Below are positions 36,170-48,068 of a DNA stretch of 64,000 nt, in pieces. The position numbers and the translations under genes were made by a program. The notes under the pieces were generated by a model. That model had not been told where the DNA came from. It did no database searches and was given only the letters and a program-made list of their open reading frames with translations. Source of the DNA: Gammaproteobacteria bacterium (GTDB taxonomy: Bacteria > Pseudomonadota > Gammaproteobacteria > Ga0077536); NCBI GenBank assembly GCA_038116745.1, contig JAYODW010000001.1, positions 38,200 through 102,199 of the forward strand, given 5' to 3'. The number at the start of each line of letters is the position of its first letter. The stretch's first letter is position 1.

Positions 36170-37333
36170 TTGATGTCCGTTCGCGCGCCCCGCTATGCCA
36201 TCTGTGGTCTGGGCGTAACGCCGCAGGGCGTCATCCCTGATACCAGCGCGGAAAGACTGGCCTGGGACGCAGTAGAGCTTGCTCTGGCTGATGCAGGGCT
36301 GGCGCGGCGCGCGGTCGACGGCTACGTGTTTCAGCCGGGTTTTGGTGAGCGCACTACCGGTATGGCCGCGAGCCGCGCGGCGCTGGGGGCCAACACCACG
36401 CTCCTGATTAATAGCAGCGGCGCGACGGCCATTCTTGCGATTACCTCAGCAATCGGGCTGATAGAGGCAGGTACAGCAGATTATGTGATGTGCGTGCACG
36501 CCACTAACGCGCGCTCGCAGACGGTGACTGTCGGCAAAGGGGAAGACACTGCGCTCGCGGCTTTCGGCCTGTTCTCCCCAGGAGGGCAGTGCGCGCTCAT
36601 GGCGCAGAGCTATTTTGAGCGTTTTGGTCGTGGCTCTTCCGATCTCGCCGAGATTGCGGTTGCGCTGCGCAACAATGCGGTGCCGCGCGCCGACGCCTAT
36701 CGTCATGGGCAACCCATCACCGTTGAGCAGCACCAGGAATCACGCTTCATCGTCCGTCCGCTGCGGCTTTTCGATTACTGCCTGGTGACCGATGGGGCTG
36801 TCGCTTTCATCGTGACATCGCTGGAGCGGGCACGCGATCTGGCGCGCCCGCCGGTGGCGGTTCTGGGCCTCGGCGCCTGCCACGAGGTGGGTCAGGCCTA
36901 CACCAGAGGCGCGCGACTCGCGCTTGGTCCTGCCAGTTTCGACGCGGAGCCGGCGCGCTCGCGCGCGTTGGGGGCTGCGGGGCTGAGCATTGACGAGATC
37001 GACGTATTCCAGTTCTACGACGCGTTCACCATCCTGGTCGCGCTGCAGCTGGAAGCCTATGGGCTGTGTGGTCCGGGAGAGGCCGCAGACTGGGTGCGCG
37101 CCGGAAATTTCGCCTGGGATTCTGCACGTCCATGTAACACCTCCGGGACGCTTCACTCGTGGGGCTATGTTCAGGGTTTCACCCACATTGCCGAAGGCGT
37201 GCGTCAGCTGCGCGGAGAGGGTGGCGCGACCCAGGTGAACGAAGCACGAACGGCCCTGGTCACGAATATCGGCATCACGGGCGCAGGTCAGGCGCACACG
37301 GCGCTGGTGCTCGGCAGAGAGGACACGACGTGA
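36170..37333 (+). CDS. thiolase-like (SCP-x/lipid-transfer-type) protein
   Basis: Thiolase-fold. Paired with a downstream DUF35 OB-fold protein, the arrangement typical of SCP2-type thiolase pairs. Confidence 0.65.
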   Translation: MMSVRAPRYAICGLGVTPQGVIPDTSAERLAWDAVELALADAGLARRAVDGYVFQPGFGERTTGMAASRAALGANTTLLINSSGATAILAITSAIGLIEAGTADYVMCVHATNARSQTVTVGKGEDTALAAFGLFSPGGQCALMAQSYFERFGRGSSDLAEIAVALRNNAVPRADAYRHGQPITVEQHQESRFIVRPLRLFDYCLVTDGAVAFIVTSLERARDLARPPVAVLGLGACHEVGQAYTRGARLALGPASFDAEPARSRALGAAGLSIDEIDVFQFYDAFTILVALQLEAYGLCGPGEAADWVRAGNFAWDSARPCNTSGTLHSWGYVQGFTHIAEGVRQLRGEGGATQVNEARTALVTNIGITGAGQAHTALVLGREDTT

Positions 37334-37764
37334 ACACGCGACAGCCGGAGCAGCCCGACAGCCCTTCCGGGAGCCAGCCACCGCGGGTGGTGGACAGCGA
37401 AGACAGACCTTTCTGGGAGGCGCTGGATCGCGGCCAGCTGACCCTGGCGCGCTGCCTCTGCGGGGCCTGCTATGCACGCAGCCAGGCCTGCCTGTCCTGT
37501 GGCGGAACCGCAGAGGGGCTGCGCTGGGTAAGCGTTTCAGCACGCGGGCACGTGCGGACTTACGTGGTGTTCGACAAGCCCTACCACCCGTACTTCGCAG
37601 CACGACTGCCTTACTGCGTGGCTGTCGTCGCGCTGGAAGAGGGACCGGAGATCGTGACCAACGTCATCGAATGCGCGCCGGATGCTGTATACATTGGGCA
37701 GGAGGTCGAGGTGTTCGCGGCAGTGCGGGATGGTCAGGTTCTGCCCCAGGCGCGCCCGCGCTAA
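37330..37764 (+). CDS. Zn-ribbon/OB-fold (DUF35) protein, thiolase partner
   Basis: GTGA overlap with the thiolase stop. CxxC...CxxC ribbon (CLCGAC...CLSCGG). Confidence 0.6.
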   Translation: MNTRQPEQPDSPSGSQPPRVVDSEDRPFWEALDRGQLTLARCLCGACYARSQACLSCGGTAEGLRWVSVSARGHVRTYVVFDKPYHPYFAARLPYCVAVVALEEGPEIVTNVIECAPDAVYIGQEVEVFAAVRDGQVLPQARPR

Positions 37765-37793
37765 AGCGGGGCAGTGTCAGCCGAGCTTTGCCG

Positions 37794-38570
37794 TCAGACC
37801 ATGGTCCAGCCGCCATCCACCACCAGAATCTGGCCGGTGATCATGGATGCCGCGTCTGAGGCCAGAAATATCACCGGGGCGGAGATCTCTTCCGGCTCGG
37901 CAAGATCGCGACGCAGCAGGTTTTTTTCCCGCACGGCCGCGGCAAAGGTCGGGCTGTCACGCAGCGCCTGCTCAGCCAGCGGTGAGCGGGTCACGGTCGG
38001 CGCGACGACGTTCACCCGAATGCCGTGCTCGGCCCATTCCGCGGCCATGGTACGGGTCAGGTTGTTAACACCGGCTTTCGCGCCGCTGTAGGGTCCGCGC
38101 TCGGGAGCCCCGACCACGCCCGCCTGAGATGAAATATTGACGATTGCTCCACCTTTGCCCTGCGCGATCATGTGCCGCGCGGCGTTCTGACAGCAGAAGA
38201 AGACATTTTTCAGATTGGCGTCGACGATCAGGTCGTAGGTCGCCTCGTCGTAGTCGAGCAGGCTACCGAGTTTGTTGTAGCCGGCGTTGTTGATGAGCAC
38301 GTCGATGCCGCCGTAATGCGCCGCGACCGCGTCGATGAAGGTCTGCATCGATGTGACATCGGTGACATCGAGCGGGTGCACAAAACAGTCGCCGCCGCGC
38401 GACTGGATTGATTGCGCAAGCGTGTCGAGTTCGCTTGTCGTACGGCTGCCGATAGCCAGCCTCGCGCCCGAAACAAACGCTTCCTCGGCAATCACCCGAC
38501 CGATCCCCCGGCCGGCGCCGGTCACAATGACGACCTTCTGGTCCAACGCGAAACGTTCGAGGCTGGGCAT
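37794..38570 (-). CDS. SDR-family short-chain dehydrogenase/reductase
   Basis: TGAGRGIG cofactor motif. YxxxK active-site region. Confidence 0.85.
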   Translation of the reverse strand: MPSLERFALDQKVVIVTGAGRGIGRVIAEEAFVSGARLAIGSRTTSELDTLAQSIQSRGGDCFVHPLDVTDVTSMQTFIDAVAAHYGGIDVLINNAGYNKLGSLLDYDEATYDLIVDANLKNVFFCCQNAARHMIAQGKGGAIVNISSQAGVVGAPERGPYSGAKAGVNNLTRTMAAEWAEHGIRVNVVAPTVTRSPLAEQALRDSPTFAAAVREKNLLRRDLAEPEEISAPVIFLASDAASMITGQILVVDGGWTMV

Positions 38571-38804
38571 GGCAGGCAGTCCTTGTGTGAGATGGCGGTC
38601 GTTCGGCCCGTCATTCTAGGTTATCGACGCAGGCTCGGGTCAGCGCCGCCGTGGCGCACGGACGTGGTGCAGAGATGTTCGATATCCGTTGGCAAACAAT
38701 GTGCTGAAAGGCTGCGTTACAGCGCCTTCGCCATTGCAATCGACCGTGGTACTCGTACAATTCGCGCCGCGATATTGCACTGCGGCAAAGCGCCCCAACG
38801 CCTT

Positions 38805-39977
38805 ATGAACAAGCCTGACTTAAAACCCGTAAATCCTTGTTTCTCATCAGGACCCTGTCCGAAGCGCCCGGGCTGGGAGCCGTCGGCGCTCGAGGCAGCC
38901 CTGCTCGGGCGCTCGCACCGGTCGAAGGCCGGCAAGGCCCGACTGAAGGAGGCTATTGACCGCACCCGGGCGGTGCTCGGCGTGCCGGACAAATATCGTA
39001 TCGGCATTGTTCCCGGTTCTGACACAGGCGCGGTGGAGATGGCGCTCTGGAGCCTCCTCGGAGCTCGTCCAGTGGACGTGCTGGCCTGGGAGAGCTTCGG
39101 CTCTGAGTGGGTCAAGGACGTGTTGGATGAGCTCGGGGTTGCCGAGGCGCGCAAGCTGACTGCCCCATACGGAGCGCTGCCGGACCTGAAAGCGGTTGAT
39201 TTCGCGCATGACGTGGTTTTTGTCTGGAACGGGACGACCTCCGGGGTCAGGCTGGCGAACGGTGACTGGATCGATGCCGACCGGGCGGGTCTGACCATCT
39301 GCGACGCGACATCGGCAGCGTTTGCCATGGAGCTGCCCTGGTCAAAGCTCGATGTGGTCACGTTTTCCTGGCAGAAGGTGCTGGGCGGAGAAGCCGCGCA
39401 CGGTGTTCTTGTGCTGAGTCCGAGAGCGGTAGAGCGTCTCGAGAGCTACACGCCACCCTGGCCTTTGCCGAAACTTTTCCGGCTGACAAAGAAGGGACAG
39501 CTGGACGAGGCGCTGTTCGAAGGCGCAACCATCAACACGCCGTCCATGTTGTGTGTTGAGGACTATCTCGATGCGCTCAAGTGGGCGGAGCAGCTCGGTG
39601 GCCTGTCAGTCCTGTGCCAGCGCTCACGAGATAACCTGGCGGTGCTCGAGGCCTGGGTCGCGCGCACGCCCTGGATTGCATTTCTCGCGACCGAGCCCGC
39701 GCTTCGCTCGAGCACTTCTATCTGTCTGAAAATTGTGGCCGACTGGTTTCAGGCCCTGTCTGACGATGAGCAGGAGGCGTTTACGAAATCGCTTTCCGGG
39801 CTGCTAGAGAAAGAAGGTGTCGCGCTCGACATCGATGCCTACCGCAGCGCACCGCCCGGGCTGCGGATCTGGGGCGGAGCGACCGTGGAAGCGGAAGACC
39901 TGTCACGCCTGATCCCCTGGCTTGAATGGGCGTATGCCACGCTTTCCCAGGCGCACCAGACCACCACCACCGCTTAA
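38805..39977 (+). CDS. serC: phosphoserine aminotransferase (short SerC type)
   Basis: About 390 aa class-V aminotransferase fold. Located immediately upstream of serA. Confidence 0.75.
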   Translation: MNKPDLKPVNPCFSSGPCPKRPGWEPSALEAALLGRSHRSKAGKARLKEAIDRTRAVLGVPDKYRIGIVPGSDTGAVEMALWSLLGARPVDVLAWESFGSEWVKDVLDELGVAEARKLTAPYGALPDLKAVDFAHDVVFVWNGTTSGVRLANGDWIDADRAGLTICDATSAAFAMELPWSKLDVVTFSWQKVLGGEAAHGVLVLSPRAVERLESYTPPWPLPKLFRLTKKGQLDEALFEGATINTPSMLCVEDYLDALKWAEQLGGLSVLCQRSRDNLAVLEAWVARTPWIAFLATEPALRSSTSICLKIVADWFQALSDDEQEAFTKSLSGLLEKEGVALDIDAYRSAPPGLRIWGGATVEAEDLSRLIPWLEWAYATLSQAHQTTTTA

Positions 39978-39993
39978 TTACCCGGGAGCTTCC

Positions 39994-41577
39994 ATGTACA
40001 GGATTTTCGTTGCCGACAAGCTCGCCCCCGAGGGCATTGCTGCGCTCGAGCAGTACCCCGAACTTGAAATCGATTTCGTACCGGGTCTAAGCGTTGAGGA
40101 TGCGATCCCGCATGCGCGGGAAGCAGACGCCATCATCGTGCGCTCGGCCACTAAAATCCGCGGCGAACTGCTTGCTGCTGCAGAGCGTCTCAAGGTCGTA
40201 GGACGCGCGGGGATCGGGGTGGATAACGTCGATCTCGACGCGACCACCGAGCGCGGGATCGTGGTTCTCAATACCCCGGATGCGAACGCAACGACGACCG
40301 CAGAACTGGCTATTGCGCACATGTTCTCGCTGTGCCGCAACCTCCCTGCGGCCGATCGCTCGGTACGTGAAGGCAAATGGGAACGGAACAGCTTCCTGGG
40401 TACCGAGGTGTCCGGCAAAACCGTAGGCATTGTCGGTTTCGGCACTATCGGCCGACTGGTTGCCGAGCGCTGCCGCGGGCTGCAGATGCGCGTGCTGGCG
40501 TTTGACCCTTTCGTGACCGAAAAAACCTTCGCCGAGTACGGCGTTGAGAAAGCGGACATCGATGAGCTGATTAAAGACGCCGATTTTGTGACGCTGCACT
40601 GCCCGGTGACCGATGGAACGCGAAACATTCTCAGTCGGGAGCGGCTGCTGGCGATGAAATCGGGTGCGCGTCTGATCAACTGTGCCCGCGGGGGGCTGGT
40701 CGACGAGCAGGCCCTGGTTGAGGTGGTAAGCAGCGGGCACCTGGCCGGCGCGGCACTGGATGTCTTCGAAAACGAGCCGCCGGGAGAGAGCCCGCTGTTC
40801 GGCGTTGAGAATATTCAGTTCACCCCGCATCTCGGAGCGTCGACCCACGAGGCACAGACCGCGGTTGGCGTTGAGATTGCCCATCAGATCGCGGCCTTTC
40901 TGATCCGCGGAGAAGTGATCAACGCGGTCAACGTGCCCAGCCTGGCGCCGGAAAAACTGGTGCAGCTGCAGCCCTACATGGATGTCGCGACCAGGCTCGG
41001 GCGGGTGCTGTGTCGCATGACGGAAGGACCGGTCAGCGATGTAGAAGTCGGGGTGTTCGGTGCCGCCGGGCGGCTGGACACCCATTCGATCGCGAGCTCA
41101 GCCATGGTTGGCTTGCTGTGCGAGCATCTTTCGGTGCCGGTCAACAACATCAACGCGCTGCATCTGGCGCGCCGCCAGGGGATCCACGTCACCGAGACGA
41201 GCTCGGAAGAGTCCAGCGGATACGTCTCACTGATACGCGTCACCGCCCGTACCGAATCAGAGACCATCGCGCTGGAGGGCACGGTCTTCGACGAGCAGTA
41301 CGCCCGCCTGGTGCGTGTCAACGGCTACGAGGTGGAATCACCGCTGGACGGCCATCTACTCATCACCCGTCATGCTGACAGGCCCGGCGTCATCGGCGCG
41401 CTGGGTGAACTGCTCGGGCAACGCGGGATCAATATTTCGCGGATGCAGGTGGGGGTTGCCGACGGCAAGCAATTTGCGATCGCCGTGTTGGCTGTCTCCA
41501 AGGGGCTGGATGCTGATGCGCTTGCCGCCATCGAGCAGATCGAGGCCGTGGATAAGGTCCTGCAGATTTCCCTGTGA
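39994..41577 (+). CDS. serA: D-3-phosphoglycerate dehydrogenase with C-terminal ACT domain
   Basis: GxGxxG NAD site (GIVGFGTIGRLVA). 2-hydroxyacid dehydrogenase catalytic motifs. ACT tail. Confidence 0.9.
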   Translation: MYRIFVADKLAPEGIAALEQYPELEIDFVPGLSVEDAIPHAREADAIIVRSATKIRGELLAAAERLKVVGRAGIGVDNVDLDATTERGIVVLNTPDANATTTAELAIAHMFSLCRNLPAADRSVREGKWERNSFLGTEVSGKTVGIVGFGTIGRLVAERCRGLQMRVLAFDPFVTEKTFAEYGVEKADIDELIKDADFVTLHCPVTDGTRNILSRERLLAMKSGARLINCARGGLVDEQALVEVVSSGHLAGAALDVFENEPPGESPLFGVENIQFTPHLGASTHEAQTAVGVEIAHQIAAFLIRGEVINAVNVPSLAPEKLVQLQPYMDVATRLGRVLCRMTEGPVSDVEVGVFGAAGRLDTHSIASSAMVGLLCEHLSVPVNNINALHLARRQGIHVTETSSEESSGYVSLIRVTARTESETIALEGTVFDEQYARLVRVNGYEVESPLDGHLLITRHADRPGVIGALGELLGQRGINISRMQVGVADGKQFAIAVLAVSKGLDADALAAIEQIEAVDKVLQISL

Positions 41578-41595
41578 ACCCGCGCGAAGGCCGGT

Positions 41596-43203
<1,608 letters not shown>

Positions 43204-43281
43204 GGCAGCCTTCCACGAAAGCAGGAGGCCGTGGTGCGCGCCACAGCGCCGTGCGAGGAGACAGGGGGTGCTATATGCGGG

Positions 43282-43779
43282 TCATTCATCGGCCTCAGGC
43301 TCCAAAGAGACCAGCACGGCGCCGCGCTCGAAAGCCTGCGCTTCGGCGACATGCACTTCTCTGACCGTCGCGCTGCGCGGCGCAATGACGTTGACCTGCA
43401 TTTTCATGGATTCGATTACGAGCAGGGTGGTGCCGGACTCAACGCTGTGTCCTGGATTGCAGTGGACGCTGATCACCATGCCGGGCATGTCCGCACGTAG
43501 ATCATTATCTCCCCCGGCAGCTCGTTTGGCGGCCGCGATGGCATCGGCATAACCGATCGAGAATGTCTGTCCGTCGATCCACAGGTAGATCCGATCTTCG
43601 CTCAGCAGGCGGTACACAGAGTGTCGGTGGCCGTTGACTTCGATCTCCATCCCCCCGTTTTCGGCAGCGCGCTCGACCACACGGCAACGGTGCCCGTCGA
43701 CCTCCAGCGTCAGCTGCGGACGCCGTGATGCGATGTCCACCTCTCGCGGTTCGTTGTCGAGCTCCAGCGTGAGCGCCAT
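43282..43779 (-). CDS. BT-like linker plus biotinyl (BCCP) domain of the acyl-CoA carboxylase alpha subunit, separated from the biotin-carboxylase portion by an in-frame TGA
   Basis: Biotinylation motif IESMKMQ near the C-terminus. In the same frame as the upstream ORF: TGA 43783-43785, one codon, then ATG 43777-43779. Confidence 0.7.
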   Translation of the reverse strand: MALTLELDNEPREVDIASRRPQLTLEVDGHRCRVVERAAENGGMEIEVNGHRHSVYRLLSEDRIYLWIDGQTFSIGYADAIAAAKRAAGGDNDLRADMPGMVISVHCNPGHSVESGTTLLVIESMKMQVNVIAPRSATVREVHVAEAQAFERGAVLVSLEPEADE

Positions 43780-43782
43780 CTC

Positions 43783-45255
43783 TCAGTTTCTCCAGGCGCC
43801 TATCGACGCGTGCGGTTCGGGGGTCAGGTAGGCCAGGTCCCGGAACTCTTCGATCGACAGCGCGGCCGCGGCCAGAATCGCCTGCTGCAGATCGGCGTCC
43901 GGCGAGGGCGCGAGCAGCGCGGCTGCGTGTTCCTCCACGAAGCCGGTATGCAGCTCACCGGCGCCGAAGGCGTGATGGGCGAGAATTTTCTGCAGATAGT
44001 CGAGATTGTGGCTGACGCCCAGCAAAACGAATTGCTGCAGCGCGCGGCGCAGACGCGCTAAGGCCGCATCCCGATCTGCACCGCAGGCAATAAGTTTCCC
44101 GACCATGGAATCGAACGCGGCGGATACCGTAAGGCCTTCGTACAGCGCGCCATCAAAGCGGATACCTTCACCTTCGGGTTGTCGGAGGATGCCGACCCGT
44201 CCTGTGGCCGGTCTGAAATCCAGTTCCGGCTGTTCACAGCACACCCGGCATTCGATGGCGTGACCCCGAGGCACCAAGTCGCTCTGCGTCCACGGCAGTT
44301 TCTCACCCGCCGCAATGCGCAGCTGCGCTTCAACCAGGTCGACGCCGTACACCATCTCCGTTACCGGATGCTCGACCTGCAGGCGCGTATTCATCTCCAG
44401 AAAATAAAACGCGCCGTCGGGTGCAAGGATGAACTCGACGGTCCCCGCGTTGCGATAGGCAGCGCGACGGGTCAGATCTACTGCGGCGCTCAGGATCTGT
44501 TCACGCAGCTCCGGAGGCAGGGAGGGTGCTGGAGATTCTTCGATGATTTTCTGAAAGCGCCGCTGGACCGAGCATTCCCGCTCTCCAAGATGGACGACAC
44601 CACCCGTCCGATCCCCCATCACCTGAACTTCGATATGGCGCGGTCGCTCGATGTAGCGCTCGGCGTAGATGCGACCGTCAGCGAAGTAGCGCTCGGCTTC
44701 ACTCATGGCGGTGAGGGCGGCAGCGCGCAGCTCATCCGGCGTACGCACGATGCTCATGCCCTTGCCGCCGCCGCCCGCAGCGGCTTTGATCAGGAGCGGG
44801 AACTCAAGCGCACCGGCCGCCGCCAGAAAAGCATCAAAGTCCGCGTCAAGACGGACGCTGGGCGCCAGCGGGACGCCAGCTTCAGCCGCGAATTCACGCG
44901 CGCGGACTTTATCGCCCATCAGCTCGATGACCGCAGACTGCGGGCCGACAAAGCTGATCCCCGAGTTTTCCACCAGCGCGGCAAAGGCAGCGTTCTCCGC
45001 GAGAAACCCGTAGCCGGGATGGATACATTCGGCGCCGGACTGCTGTGCCGCGGCAACGATGGCGCGGCTGTCCAGATAAGCCGCCGTGGGAGACGCGGCC
45101 GCGATTTCGATTGCGTCATCGGCATCGCGGACGTGCTGCGCGTGGCGATCAACGTGATGAAACACAGCGATACAGCGCAGGCCAAGCCGGCGGGCCGAGC
45201 GGATTACCCGGCAGGCGATTTCGCCGCGATTCGCGATCAGGATACTGTCAAACAT
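43783..45255 (-). CDS. biotin carboxylase portion of the acyl-CoA carboxylase alpha subunit
   Basis: ATP-grasp biotin carboxylase motifs (MFDSILIANRGEIACRVIR...). Start ATG 45253-45255 directly follows the atuA-like stop. Confidence 0.8.
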   Translation of the reverse strand: MFDSILIANRGEIACRVIRSARRLGLRCIAVFHHVDRHAQHVRDADDAIEIAAASPTAAYLDSRAIVAAAQQSGAECIHPGYGFLAENAAFAALVENSGISFVGPQSAVIELMGDKVRAREFAAEAGVPLAPSVRLDADFDAFLAAAGALEFPLLIKAAAGGGGKGMSIVRTPDELRAAALTAMSEAERYFADGRIYAERYIERPRHIEVQVMGDRTGGVVHLGERECSVQRRFQKIIEESPAPSLPPELREQILSAAVDLTRRAAYRNAGTVEFILAPDGAFYFLEMNTRLQVEHPVTEMVYGVDLVEAQLRIAAGEKLPWTQSDLVPRGHAIECRVCCEQPELDFRPATGRVGILRQPEGEGIRFDGALYEGLTVSAAFDSMVGKLIACGADRDAALARLRRALQQFVLLGVSHNLDYLQKILAHHAFGAGELHTGFVEEHAAALLAPSPDADLQQAILAAAALSIEEFRDLAYLTPEPHASIGAWRN

Positions 45256-47089
45256 GCGGGTCTGAAGAAGCGGGTGGGGCGAGTATACCGTCGTGGTCCA
45301 GCCACGCGCGCGGAACCTCGATAGGAATATCCAGCAGCATCTGGGCCATGGCCTTGCCCTGCGGATCGTGGCGCAGCGACGCAACGCCTCCACCGCCAAG
45401 GGCGTGCTCCATGACGAAATTAAAGCCTTGCAGGCCCGGCCACTCGTAGCGTCGGACCGGTCCGCGCACCAGATGCCGGAACCAGTCGGCAACACGGGCT
45501 GCGGTGAGCTGCGCGCGCAGCAGGTCTACGAACTCGACGCGTCGGGCCAGGACCCCGATGTTGGCGCTGTCGCCTTTATCACCTGAGCGCGCATGGGCCA
45601 GGCTGACGAGGGGCACGGTCCTGGTTTCCTCCGCGCTCGGCGACACGCTGCTCGCGATAGGTTCAACCTCGAGAGCTTCAGCCGATGCAGGCGGGATTGC
45701 AGCTGCGGTCGCAGAGCTTACAGGGACTGACTGAATTCCGTGGCCGAGCGTGAAGCCAGCGCTTACTGTGGATTTCGGCACCAGGCAGGAGAACAGGCGG
45801 ACGACTGGCTGCGGTGTCGGGCGTCCACCCGCGAAACCCGTGATGCCCTGTGCCATTGACGTCGCAGCGGGGTAGATCTCCCGACCGAAAAGCTCGAGCG
45901 CTGCTTTTTCTGCATGGCGTACGGCAATCTTGAGAATCACCTCGCGGGTCTGCAGTGCCCGGGCATGCGGCCCGTAGGTTGCTTCACTCCCGAGGGTCTC
46001 AACGGATGTCTCGTGATAGTCATCCCAGCCCTGGCGTTGGAACAGTCTGCGCGTGCGCTCAAGGATCGCAGCCGCAGTGCGCTCAGCCTTGGCCCTGGCA
46101 TCGATGCCTCCAATCATCATCGTGGCGGTCGCGCGATAACCATCGCTGTAGGTTGCGCATAGCTTATAGTGCGCTTCGGGTTCGCGCCCGCAGGCGCCGG
46201 CCACCCGGACACCTCCCAGCCTGCCTGGCTCCACCGTGACTGAGGCAAAGTCCGCCGTGACATCCGGCAGGCGATAGCTCGCGGGGTCGTCGATTTCGTA
46301 GACGATCTGCTCGGCGACCGTTGCCGGCGTCAGGAGCCCGCCGGTATTCGGAGGTTTGATGATCTCGAAGCTGCCGTCCTGCTGACAGACGGCGATGGGA
46401 TAGCCCATGTTGTCCCAGCCGGGAACCTCATCCCAATCCGTGAACAGACCGCCGGTGCACTGGGTGCCGCATTCGATGACATGGCCGACCAGCGAGCCGG
46501 CCGCGAGGTGGTCGTAGTCGGTTTCTGTCCAGCTGAATTCGTGCATCAGGGGACCCAGCGCGAGGGCGCTGTCGACACAGCGACCAGTGATGACGATGTC
46601 TGCTCCTGCAGCGAGCGCGGCCGCTATTGGCGTCGCGCCGAGATAGGCATTGGCACTCATCAGGCGCTGCGGCAGTGGCGTCCCCGCGGACATTTCCCGC
46701 ACGTCCAGCGAGCGCAGGCGCTCGATCTCGTCAGCAAGATCGTCACCGGTTACTGCGGCCACGGACAGAGACAATCCCTGCGCGGCAACTTCGGCGTCGA
46801 TCGCCTGCTTCAGCGCAACGGGGTTCATCCCGCCGGCATTGGTAATAACCCGGATCCCACAGGCTGCGAGATCGGGCAGCAGGGGCTTGATCACGCCGTC
46901 GAGAAAATCGGTGGCGTAGCCACTGTTGCCGTCCCGAGATTTCATGCGCGCGAGGATCGACATCGTGATCTCGGCGAGGTAGTCGAGGATCAGATAATCA
47001 ATCTCGCCGTATTCGACCAGCTGCCGGGCACCTTCGACCGAGTCGCCCCAGAACGCACCGCCGCAACCGATGCGCACAACAGATTTCAT
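45248..47089 (-). CDS. AtuA-family (DUF1446) acyclic-terpene-utilization protein
   Basis: 613 aa. MKSVVRIGCGGAFWGDS N-terminus, characteristic of AtuA-like proteins. Embedded between the hydratase and carboxylase genes. Confidence 0.65.
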   Translation of the reverse strand: MKSVVRIGCGGAFWGDSVEGARQLVEYGEIDYLILDYLAEITMSILARMKSRDGNSGYATDFLDGVIKPLLPDLAACGIRVITNAGGMNPVALKQAIDAEVAAQGLSLSVAAVTGDDLADEIERLRSLDVREMSAGTPLPQRLMSANAYLGATPIAAALAAGADIVITGRCVDSALALGPLMHEFSWTETDYDHLAAGSLVGHVIECGTQCTGGLFTDWDEVPGWDNMGYPIAVCQQDGSFEIIKPPNTGGLLTPATVAEQIVYEIDDPASYRLPDVTADFASVTVEPGRLGGVRVAGACGREPEAHYKLCATYSDGYRATATMMIGGIDARAKAERTAAAILERTRRLFQRQGWDDYHETSVETLGSEATYGPHARALQTREVILKIAVRHAEKAALELFGREIYPAATSMAQGITGFAGGRPTPQPVVRLFSCLVPKSTVSAGFTLGHGIQSVPVSSATAAAIPPASAEALEVEPIASSVSPSAEETRTVPLVSLAHARSGDKGDSANIGVLARRVEFVDLLRAQLTAARVADWFRHLVRGPVRRYEWPGLQGFNFVMEHALGGGGVASLRHDPQGKAMAQMLLDIPIEVPRAWLDHDGILAPPASSDPHV

Positions 47090-47091
47090 GT

Positions 47092-47874
47092 TCAGCGTCC
47101 GGTCCAGTCCGGGCGGCGCTTCTCGTTGAACGCAGCAAACCCCTCCCGGGCATCTCCGGTCATGGCCATCAACGGCAGCATGAGCTGGGTGTATTCGAAC
47201 GCCTTGTCCAGCGGCATGTCTTCAATTGCCCGGAAGGCCTGCTTGCCGAGACGGATCCCGGTTGGTGACTTGTCTGTGATCCGCCCGATGAGCCAGTCCA
47301 GTCGCTCGTCCAGCGTTGCGGCCGGTTCGACATAGTTCACCAGGCCAAGCAACAGGGCCTCCTCCGCTGTGAAGGGCTCGCCGGTAATAGTCATCTCGAA
47401 AAGTTTGCGCCGCGGCACGATACGCATCATGTACGACAGAATCATCATCGGGAAAAGCCCGACCCGGGTTTCCGGCACGCCGAGCGTCGCGTGCTCGGCG
47501 GCGATGGCCATGTCACAGGCGCAGACCAGACCCAGTCCGCCGGCCAGTGCATGACCGTTCACCCGCGCGATAATGGGGATCCCGGCCGCCTCCATCCGTC
47601 GGAACAGGGCAATGACGTAGTGTCTGGGATCCGCGGGATCAGCAACGAAAGGGGCGCCGTCTGCACCCGGCTTCATGTCTCCTCCCGCGCAGAACGCTTT
47701 GTCCCCGGCGCCTGTGATGACAATAGCCCGTATGCCGGGGTCGGACTCCGCTGCGTCAATGCCGGCCGCCAGCAGGCGGCAGACGTCTTCGTTCAGCGCA
47801 TTGCGGCGCTCCGGGCGGTTGATGATCAGGCGCAGGGTTTGTTCATTGCGCTGTGTGAGAACGACGTCTGACAT
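47092..47874 (-). CDS. enoyl-CoA hydratase/isomerase (crotonase family)
   Basis: Crotonase-fold oxyanion-hole motifs (AFCAGGDM, GGGLGLVCACD). Confidence 0.85.
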   Translation of the reverse strand: MSDVVLTQRNEQTLRLIINRPERRNALNEDVCRLLAAGIDAAESDPGIRAIVITGAGDKAFCAGGDMKPGADGAPFVADPADPRHYVIALFRRMEAAGIPIIARVNGHALAGGLGLVCACDMAIAAEHATLGVPETRVGLFPMMILSYMMRIVPRRKLFEMTITGEPFTAEEALLLGLVNYVEPAATLDERLDWLIGRITDKSPTGIRLGKQAFRAIEDMPLDKAFEYTQLMLPLMAMTGDAREGFAAFNEKRRPDWTGR

Positions 47875-48068
47875 GGCTGTTCGCTGCGGCTGTGGGCGTG
47901 GAGCGGGGAGTTTACAAGAACTCTGCCGATGCCAGTCTCAGCCACAGCGAGGTGTGCGCCGCCGCTTGACAGTGCGTGGGGTGCTTCCTAGGCTCGCGCT
48001 CCCTGCATCGCTGCGATGGCAGGAAGTCGCGCTCCAGAACCCTGGTTCAGACAAAAGGAAACTGCTCT

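Noticed and set aside
43783-43785. In-frame TGA in carboxylase alpha as selenocysteine
   Set aside because: The position is in a flexible inter-domain region with no redox role. I recognise no SECIS-like hairpin immediately downstream and no selenoprotein precedent for this enzyme. Error, pseudogene or readthrough are far more likely.
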